DNA of 64,000 nucleotides, taken from the NCBI GenBank assembly GCA_964291235.2, contig OZ219816.1, forward strand, positions 544,001 through 608,000. Reading direction: 5' to 3'. This document shows positions 57,211-64,000 of this stretch, piece by piece. The notes beneath the pieces were generated by a model. That model was given only the letters and a program-made list of their open reading frames with translations, was not told the origin of the DNA and ran no database searches. Position numbers and translations under genes: made by a program. The stretch comes from Vicinamibacteria bacterium. GTDB taxonomy: Bacteria; Acidobacteriota; Vicinamibacteria; Marinacidobacterales; Marinacidobacteraceae. The first letter of the stretch is position 1. Every line of letters starts with the position of its first letter.

Positions 57211-58911
57211 TCACCGTTCGAGCTGGTCCAGCGCCGCCAGGAAGTCGCTCCAGGGCACCGGCTCGCCGTGCACCGGGGCGAGCGTCTCCACGTCGAGCTG
57301 CATGCGTTCCACCTGCGCCCGCAGGGAGCGCATGGACGGCAGCTGCGCCGCTTTCGGAGGCTCGTGGGTGTCGAACAGATCGGCCTGAAACGCGATGCGC
57401 TCGTCCGGCAAATAGGCCATCAGCATCCCGGCGGCGTGCCGCAGCGGTTGCACGTAATAAACGCGCAGGATTCGGGAGTTGTCGGTGATGACGTAGTTCT
57501 CCTGGACCGCCTCGTAGGTGTAGCCCTCGGCCAGCTCGGTCGGGGGCCATTTCGAGACGATATCGGGCCTGACCGTCCTCGGCTCGTAGGTCAGCACGTC
57601 GTGGTTCAGGAAGTCCAGGTTGAGGATGTGGGTCACGACGGTCGATCCGACGTGCAGGTAGGTGCGCAGCCCCCCGATGTGGTCGAAGTGCGGGTGGGAG
57701 GTGATCACCCAGCGGATCGGCTTGTCCGGAGCCAGCTGCGCGATCCGGTCGATGACCTTCAGGCTCCGCTCCTCGTCGCCGGGGGCTTCAAAGACCGCGA
57801 CGAAGTCGCGGAACTCCACCAGGTAGCTGTTCGCCGGACCGCCGCCGAGCCGATACACGCCGCCGGTGATCTCGTCCACCGTCACCTCGGCGGACCAGTC
57901 CGCCGCGGCCACCGACTCCGGCACCGGCACCGGGCTCCCGCACTCGTTGGGGCGGATGTCCGCGAAGGTGCCGCCGTAGGCGTTGTGCCCGGTGCTCTGC
58001 CGGTAGAACTGCCAGTTGTCGTCCCAGCCCTGGTGCGAGTGCCAGTCGGCCGGCCACCTGACGTTGCCGAACGAGAGGTGATTCGTGGACTCGTGCTCGA
58101 TGTTGAAGTCGCCCAGGGCGGGGATGTTCACCGTCGTCTTGATCCGTTGAATCCGGTTTCGGGAGTTGATGGTGGCGTCCACCCGGTACTTGCCGAACAT
58201 GGTGATTGCGACGACGTGCATCTTCTCGGGTGCGACGACGTTGCCGTCGCGGCCCTTCTCGATCTGCTCCCAGCGCCAGAAGGCCACCGGGTCGGCTCCC
58301 GGCAGGCGCGCGGCCTTGAGGAACCCGTGCGGGTTCAGCCACATGTCGAGCCGGTACACCTCGGCGATTTCGGGCGGCACCGCGACCGGCGGGCCGTCGC
58401 CGTCCATGTGCCAGGAGAACTCGCCGTTCGTGACGTGGGTCTGCCGCCTCTGCCGCTGGGTCGGCGTGCCACCGCGCCAGCCGAGGCCGTACTTCCACGA
58501 CGCCGGCGCCAGGCCCGGCTGCCGTTCGAAGGTCTCCACGCTCGTGCCCGCTTCCCAGTTGATCACGCGCGTGTAGTTCGCCAGGGCGTCGATGCGTGGC
58601 CAGTCAACATTCACCGCGTTTTCGAACGTCTGGCCCACGGCGCCGGCGTAGCCGCTGCCGGAGAAGGTGATGCAGCGGAGGTCGGCCTCGCCGATCTCCT
58701 CGCCGACGGCGGCGAGCAGGGGAGCCGGATCGACGAAGCCGGGCGGAAACTCCTGGGCGGCCAGTGGATGCGCCCCCAGCACGAGCACCGCGAGGCTGCC
58801 GGCGAGACGCTTCGCCACGACGCCCGCACCCGGTCGCGCGCGGCGATCCGCCGGCTGCCGGTCGTTGCCGAGCGGTGATGGCGAGGTCCTCGCGGGTGGC
58901 GGACGGGGCAT
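57211..58911 (-). CDS. Secreted MBL-fold metallo-hydrolase (start uncertain)
   Basis: [19 protein letters not shown]. Confidence 0.85.
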   Translation of the reverse strand: MPRPPPARTSPSPLGNDRQPADRRARPGAGVVAKRLAGSLAVLVLGAHPLAAQEFPPGFVDPAPLLAAVGEEIGEADLRCITFSGSGYAGAVGQTFENAVNVDWPRIDALANYTRVINWEAGTSVETFERQPGLAPASWKYGLGWRGGTPTQRQRRQTHVTNGEFSWHMDGDGPPVAVPPEIAEVYRLDMWLNPHGFLKAARLPGADPVAFWRWEQIEKGRDGNVVAPEKMHVVAITMFGKYRVDATINSRNRIQRIKTTVNIPALGDFNIEHESTNHLSFGNVRWPADWHSHQGWDDNWQFYRQSTGHNAYGGTFADIRPNECGSPVPVPESVAAADWSAEVTVDEITGGVYRLGGGPANSYLVEFRDFVAVFEAPGDEERSLKVIDRIAQLAPDKPIRWVITSHPHFDHIGGLRTYLHVGSTVVTHILNLDFLNHDVLTYEPRTVRPDIVSKWPPTELAEGYTYEAVQENYVITDNSRILRVYYVQPLRHAAGMLMAYLPDERIAFQADLFDTHEPPKAAQLPSMRSLRAQVERMQLDVETLAPVHGEPVPWSDFLAALDQLER

Positions 58912-58939
58912 CGGGAACGGCCTACAATGGAGTCGGCTA

Positions 58940-59011
58940 GCCGGTGTAGCTCAGGGGTAGAGCAGCTGATTCGTAATCAGCAGGTCGGTGGTTCAAATCC
59001 ACTCGCCGGCT
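58940..59011 (+). tRNA. tRNA-Thr(CGT)
   Basis: Cloverleaf: anticodon stem GCTGA/TCAGC, loop TTCGTAA, T arm GGTTCAAATCC; CCA not encoded. Confidence 0.95.
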
Positions 59012-59427
59012 CAGCCGCCCGTTTCCCTGGTCCGCCACCGTGTCCAGATGCCCTGGACGGCGAAGGCCAATCCGAGGGCAGCCAGGATGGGGATTCCTCC
59101 CAGGAGCAGGATGCCGGGCGGGCCGAGCAGGCCTCCGAACACGCTGCCGAGGGCCGAGAGGGGAACGGCGACGATCCAGAGAACGATCGGCACCCTGGGG
59201 TTCATCCGGAAGCGACGCAGCGTCCAGATGAGTGGCAAGGCGAAGATGCAGCCGGCCGCGTAGGCGAAGAGCAATCCCGGGATCACCGCGGACGCGTCCA
59301 CGAGCGAGAGCGGCCCCGCGTCCTACATCAGCAACAGGCGGCCCAGCGCGACTACCAGGAATACGCTGGTGTAGGCGGCCCCGTACCAGAGGCTGGCGCG
59401 GTAGCCGGGTTGCTGCGGGATGGGCAT
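59011..59427 (-). pseudogene. Small ~4-TM membrane protein with in-frame TAG at 59323-59325
   Basis: MPIPQQPGYRASLWYGAAYTSVFLVVALGRLLLM*DAGPLSLVDASAVIPGLLF... stays in one frame. Confidence 0.55.
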
Positions 59428-59486
59428 CCGGGATTGTGGGGTGAAACGCCACCTTAGCGCGACGAGGCCCGCTCCCCCGCGGCCCC

Positions 59487-60518
59487 TCAGGGCGCCTCCA
59501 CCGAGAACGCTTCGAGGGTGGCTCCCAGCTTCCTCAGGTCTTCCGTATCTCCGAGGAGCATGAGCTTGTCGCCGCGCTCGATCCGCTGATCGCCCCTTGG
59601 CGCGATCAGCAGGTTCTGGCCGTCCCGCCGAATCGCCAGGACGAGGACGTTGGCTTCCCGGCCCAGGGAGGAATCGGCGATCGTCTTCTCGGAGAGTGCG
59701 GACCCGGCGGTCACGACGAGCTCGCCGGACCCGAATCCCGGATGCGTCATTTCGGAGATGCCGTGCAGCAGGTGATGGGTGTCCGAACCGCAGAGATTGC
59801 GGAGCACCACGCGGCTGGCGGTGAGGTGCGGCGAGATGACATCGTGGGTGGCGGCGCCCGCCCGCTCCAGATTCGCGCGGGAACGATCCTCTTCGGATCG
59901 TGCGAGGACCCGGATCCTGGGACGAAGCGCCGTGGCGGTCATGGTGATCGACAGGTTGTCGCCGTCGTTCGGGAGCAGGGCGACGATGGTCGAAGCCCGC
60001 CGCACACCGGCCCGCTCCAGCGTCTCTTCAGCGGTGGAATCTCCTTGGATGATGTCCACTCCCTGCCGGGTCGCTTCTTCGACGGCTTCCGAGGAGTCCT
60101 CGATCACGCACACCTCGTTCCCGTGCCGCCGGAGGCCGGCCGTGACCCGCCGGCCCATCCTCCCGAAGCCGCAGACAATGATGTGATCCTTCATGCGTCG
60201 GATTCTCCTTTCCTGCCGCTGCACCGGCGCTTCGGTGATCCATTGGGCCAGCGCCCCGAACGAGTAACCCAGGGTCGCCACGCCGCCACCGATGAGAAAC
60301 ACTGTGAATAGCCGGCCGGTTGGCGACAGTGGCTGAACCTCGCCGTAACCCACGGTCGAGAGGGTGATGACCGTCATGTAGAACGCGTCCAGGGGACTCC
60401 AGGACTCGATCCACATGAAGCCGAGGGTGCCGGTGATGACAACGCCGGCGGCGGCGGTGGCCGCGGCCCCGAAGCCGAAGCGCCACCGGGCGCCCAGCCA
60501 GGGCCGGAAAACAGTCAC
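59487..60518 (-). CDS. Potassium channel (2-TM pore + RCK-N/RCK-C)
   Basis: TLSTVGYGE filter, CGFGRMG. Confidence 0.93.
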   Translation of the reverse strand: MTVFRPWLGARWRFGFGAAATAAAGVVITGTLGFMWIESWSPLDAFYMTVITLSTVGYGEVQPLSPTGRLFTVFLIGGGVATLGYSFGALAQWITEAPVQRQERRIRRMKDHIIVCGFGRMGRRVTAGLRRHGNEVCVIEDSSEAVEEATRQGVDIIQGDSTAEETLERAGVRRASTIVALLPNDGDNLSITMTATALRPRIRVLARSEEDRSRANLERAGAATHDVISPHLTASRVVLRNLCGSDTHHLLHGISEMTHPGFGSGELVVTAGSALSEKTIADSSLGREANVLVLAIRRDGQNLLIAPRGDQRIERGDKLMLLGDTEDLRKLGATLEAFSVEAP

Positions 60519-60632
60519 CGGAGGCTCCCGTCGGAAGGTTTCAGGGGGCCGCCCGAGGCGCGGATGGCGATGCGATTCATCCGTCGGCCAGACTCAAGCC
60601 TTTACAGCCCGTGGCCAAACCCGCGCGGCCCG

Positions 60633-60820
60633 GTTCTCCCGGTGGGGGCTTGAGCGGCGATGCCCAGTTCTCCCGGTGGGGGCCCCGCCTGGTTCCCACC
60701 GGGAGGACTGGCCGCCCCCCCACCCGGAGAACTGGCGCCTAGCGGCGCTCATCGTTGCGTTTCGGTCGCAATACACCCGGTATTCCTTCCGCACGCGCCG
60801 CCCCCACCGGGAGAACTGGG
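60633..60820. repeat. Five copies of a ~20-bp motif CCCCCACCGGGAGAACTGGG in both orientations
   Basis: Reverse copies at 60633 and 60663; forward copies at 60695, 60715 and 60801; one more exact copy at 44455-44474. Confidence 0.8.
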
Positions 60821-60880
60821 TCACCCGGGCGCCTCGCCACTCTCGGCGCTCACGGGGGTTTCACCACAGGCTGTCCATCC

Positions 60881-60957
<77 letters not shown>

Positions 60958-61148
60958 TCCGGATGAGGGGCGCCACTCTACATCCGGGGATGGGAATCTG
61001 TCAAAGATCCGGAACGGGTGTCCGCGGCGGGCGGGAGGCCGGAAGAAGCCGGACCGCGAGTTACTATGAAAAAAGAGTTTCGGCGGGCTCCCGGCAGTGT
61101 CGCCGGCGCTCCGTCGCCCGCCAACCCGCCTGCCTCCCGAGTGCGTTC

Positions 61149-62156
61149 GTGACCGTGCCCAATCCGGATTCCCTGCTTTCTGCGGAGGAGGTCCAGGCGG
61201 CGATCCAGTCGCTTTCCGGGCTCGCCGAGGAGCGGGCGATCGAGTTGTGGCGGACCGAACACCTCGGGCGCAAGTCGAAACTCATGCTCTCGCTGCGCTC
61301 GCTGGGACGGCTTGATCCTGCCGCTCGAGCCGCCGCCGGCCGGTTGCTGAACGACGCGAAGTCCCGTCTCGGGGAAGCGTTGAAGGCAAAACAGGCCGAG
61401 GTGAAGGCGCGCCGAACCAGGGACCTGGCGGCCCTCGACGTGAGCCTTCCCGGACGGCCGCTGCCCGCCGGTGGACTCCACCCGATCGCCCGCACTGAGC
61501 GGGCGATCGTCGCCGCCTTCGCTTCCATGGGATTTCACGTGATCGAGGGACCCGAGGTCGAGCTCGAGTACTACAACTTCGAGGCCCTCCGGATCCCGGC
61601 CGATCACCCCGCGCGGGACGCGATGGACACGTTCTATCTCGATGGTCCCGATGACGGGCAGCCGCTTCTCCTGCGGACCCACACCTCACCGAACCAGATC
61701 CGCCACATGGAACAGCACGAGCCGCCGATCCGGCTGATCGCTCCCGGCCGGACCTACCGGAACGAGGCCACGGACGCCACCCATGAGTGGATGATCACCC
61801 AGACCGAGTTGCTGGCGGTGGACCGCGGCCTCACCCTCGCGCATCTCAAGGGAACGCTCTACGAGTTCGCGCGGCATCTGTTCGGAGAAGAGCGGGAGAT
61901 CCGTTTCCGCTGCGACTACTTTCCGTTCGTGGAACCGGGAGTCGAGGTGTCGATCAGCAGTCCCGACGGCTGGATCGAGATCCTCGGCGCGGGGATGGTG
62001 CATCCCGAGATCCTCGCCAACATGGGCTACGACCCGGAGGAGTACACCGGATTCGCGGCGGGACTCGGCGTCGAGCGGATCGCGATGCTCCGGCACGGGA
62101 TCCGGGACATCCGCCGCTTTTACGAAAACGACCTCCGTTTCCTACGCCAGTTCTAG
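61149..62156 (+). CDS. pheS: Phenylalanine-tRNA ligase alpha subunit
   Basis: HPARD..DTFY, LRTHTS, FPFVEP, GAGMVHP, GLGVER, NDLRFLRQF. Confidence 0.96.
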   Translation: MTVPNPDSLLSAEEVQAAIQSLSGLAEERAIELWRTEHLGRKSKLMLSLRSLGRLDPAARAAAGRLLNDAKSRLGEALKAKQAEVKARRTRDLAALDVSLPGRPLPAGGLHPIARTERAIVAAFASMGFHVIEGPEVELEYYNFEALRIPADHPARDAMDTFYLDGPDDGQPLLLRTHTSPNQIRHMEQHEPPIRLIAPGRTYRNEATDATHEWMITQTELLAVDRGLTLAHLKGTLYEFARHLFGEEREIRFRCDYFPFVEPGVEVSISSPDGWIEILGAGMVHPEILANMGYDPEEYTGFAAGLGVERIAMLRHGIRDIRRFYENDLRFLRQF

Positions 62157-62168
62157 GTTCAAACTCCA

Positions 62169-64000
62169 GTGCGCGTTCCGCTCCGGTGGCTCCAGACCAT
62201 GGTTCCCCTGCCGGAGGACATCGAATCCCTCGCCCATCGGCTCACGCTGGCCGGCCTGGAGGTCACCGGCATCGAACAGGTCGGCGGCGACTGGGACCGG
62301 GTGGTCGTGGGGCGGGTTCGCGAAGTGCAGCCGCATCCCGATGCCGACCGGCTCCGTCTCGTGACGGTGGACAAGGGAGGGGAGAACCAGACGGTCGTCT
62401 GCGGCGCGTCGAACGTCGCCGCCGGACAGGACATCGCGTTCGCGCCGGAGGGAGCCATGCTCACCGACCCGCGAACCGGGAATCTGCGCAAGCTCAAGAA
62501 ATCGCGCATCCGGGGGGTGGTCTCGGGCGGCATGGTCTGCTCCGAAGCCGAGCTGGGACTCTCCACGGAACACGAGGGCATTCTGGTGCTCGCTACCGAC
62601 CGGCCCGCCGGCACACCGCTCCGCGAGGTGCTGGGGGACCGCGTGCTCGTGTTCGACCTGACCCCGAACCGGGCTGACGCGCTCTCGGTCCTGGGCGTCG
62701 CCCGCGAGGTGTCGGCGCTGACCGGGGCGCCGCTGACACCTCCCGAAGTCAGCGCCCCGCGGCCCGGTCCGGGCATTGACGGACGCGCCTCGGTCGAGAT
62801 TGCGGCTCCCGATCTCTGCCGCCGGTTCACGCTGGCTCTCATCGAAGGCGTCGAGATCGCGTCCTCCCCCCAGTGGATGCAGGAACGGCTGACCGCTGCC
62901 GGGATGCGTCCCATCAACAACCTGGTGGACATCACGAACTACGTGATGCTCGAGCTGGGTCAGCCGGTCCACGCCTTCGACTACGACACGGTGCGCGACC
63001 ATCACATCATCGTGCGTCGGGCGGCGGCGGGCGAGACCCTGACCACCCTGGACGGGAACACGCTTCCACTCGACCCCAGCCGGCTGGTCATCGCCGATCC
63101 TGGCGGGGCTATCGCGCTGGCCGGGGTCATGGGCGGACTCGAGACCGAGATCACCGATTCCACCCGGAATGTCCTGCTCGAAGTCGCCAACTTCGAGCCG
63201 GCCGGCGTCCGCCGCACCGCCCGGGCGTTTGACCTGCTTTCGGACGCCGCGCGGCGGTTCGCCTGGGGCCTTCCCGCCGAGATGCCGCCCGTCGCTTCCG
63301 CTCGCGTCTGCCGCTTGCTCGCCGAGCACGCCGGTGGACGGGTGGCGGACGGAATGGTGGATTCCTGGCCGGTACGGGAGCCCGCCGCCCACATCCGGAT
63401 GCGCCGCTCCCGCATCCCTCAGGTTCTCGGTATGGAGGTTCCGCGGGCAGCGGTACGCGCCGCGCTCGACGGCCTCGGCTTCGAGGTGGAGGAGACCGAA
63501 GAGACGCTCTCGGTCGGCGTTCCCTATTGGCGCCGCGACGTGCGGGTGCCCGATGACGTGGTGGAGGAAGTGGCGCGGATCGCGGGGTATGACGATCTCC
63601 CGGCGACTCCGCTCGGCGGCGCGATACCCCATCATCCACCCGTTCGCGCGCGTTGGCTGCGGGAACGGGTGCGGGATCTGGGAGTGGAAGCCGCCCTCTA
63701 CGAGGTCCAGACCTATTCGCTCGTCTCGGCGGCAGATCTCGCCGCCGTGACGCCACCGGAGACGCGTGACTCCCCCCCGCTGAAAGTCAAGAATCCTCTC
63801 GGCGAGGCCCGGGACACCCTGCGAACCTCGCTTCGCCCGGGAATCCTGCGCGCCGCGGCCCACAATCTGGCGCGCGGCGCCAAGACCGTGCGCCTTTTCG
63901 AGGTGGGCAGGTCCTATCACCCGGCGCCGGACCGCGGCGACGGCCGCCCGGAGGAACGGGAGCAGGCCGTCGGGCTGGTTGTGGGTGTCCGGGTGGATCG
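62169..64000 (+). CDS. pheT: Phenylalanine-tRNA ligase beta subunit (runs off window)
   Basis: Manual translation MRVPLRWL..HPDADRL..VVCGASNV..GMVCSEAELG..DLTPNRADALS..PINNLVDITNYVMLELGQPVHAFD. Confidence 0.95.
   Translation, partial: MRVPLRWLQTMVPLPEDIESLAHRLTLAGLEVTGIEQVGGDWDRVVVGRVREVQPHPDADRLRLVTVDKGGENQTVVCGASNVAAGQDIAFAPEGAMLTDPRTGNLRKLKKSRIRGVVSGGMVCSEAELGLSTEHEGILVLATDRPAGTPLREVLGDRVLVFDLTPNRADALSVLGVAREVSALTGAPLTPPEVSAPRPGPGIDGRASVEIAAPDLCRRFTLALIEGVEIASSPQWMQERLTAAGMRPINNLVDITNYVMLELGQPVHAFDYDTVRDHHIIVRRAAAGETLTTLDGNTLPLDPSRLVIADPGGAIALAGVMGGLETEITDSTRNVLLEVANFEPAGVRRTARAFDLLSDAARRFAWGLPAEMPPVASARVCRLLAEHAGGRVADGMVDSWPVREPAAHIRMRRSRIPQVLGMEVPRAAVRAALDGLGFEVEETEETLSVGVPYWRRDVRVPDDVVEEVARIAGYDDLPATPLGGAIPHHPPVRARWLRERVRDLGVEAALYEVQTYSLVSAADLAAVTPPETRDSPPLKVKNPLGEARDTLRTSLRPGILRAAAHNLARGAKTVRLFEVGRSYHPAPDRGDGRPEEREQAVGLVVGVRVD

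Noticed and set aside
4306-59325. Genome-wide TAG recoding suggested by in-frame ambers at 4306, 20479 and 59323
   Set aside because: TAG is the evident terminator of virB2, the SBP gene, lipB, thiolase, pheS and both miniproteins; no pyl genes are visible

Overview
High-GC bacterial chromosome segment, probably Acidobacteriota (inferred from the GWxTD protein, Oar-like TonB-dependent receptor and long HflX). Bases 1 to ~25.96 kb form an integrative-conjugative island that runs off the left edge. Its minus-strand backbone is AlpA, RepB'-type primase, two ArdC paralogues (one lacking HExxH), a Replic_Relax-like relaxase with an in-frame amber stop, and VirB2/B3/B4/B9. A patchwork cargo region follows, with six P4-like tyrosine-integrase 3' ends (one intact gene, one dead near-identical copy, four remnants) alternating with mostly envelope cargo. 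The most unusual cargo lies between ~163-bp inverted oriT-like repeats: a lipoprotein, two secreted miniproteins with mirror-symmetric cysteine spacing (CC-x10-C-x14-C-loop-C-x14-C-x10-C), a membrane protein and a Cys-rich sigma-70 factor. The rest (26-64 kb) is core genome: TBDR, nadE, lpdA/lipB/E1-beta/lipA/E2, boxC-boxB-thiolase, mltG, hflX, rsgA, matrixin operon, squalene synthase, tRNA-Thr, K+ channel, tRNA-fMet and pheST. It also holds two proteases with substituted catalytic residues and several families of palindromic intergenic repeats. No CRISPR array was found. Family assignments come from motif recognition, not database searches.
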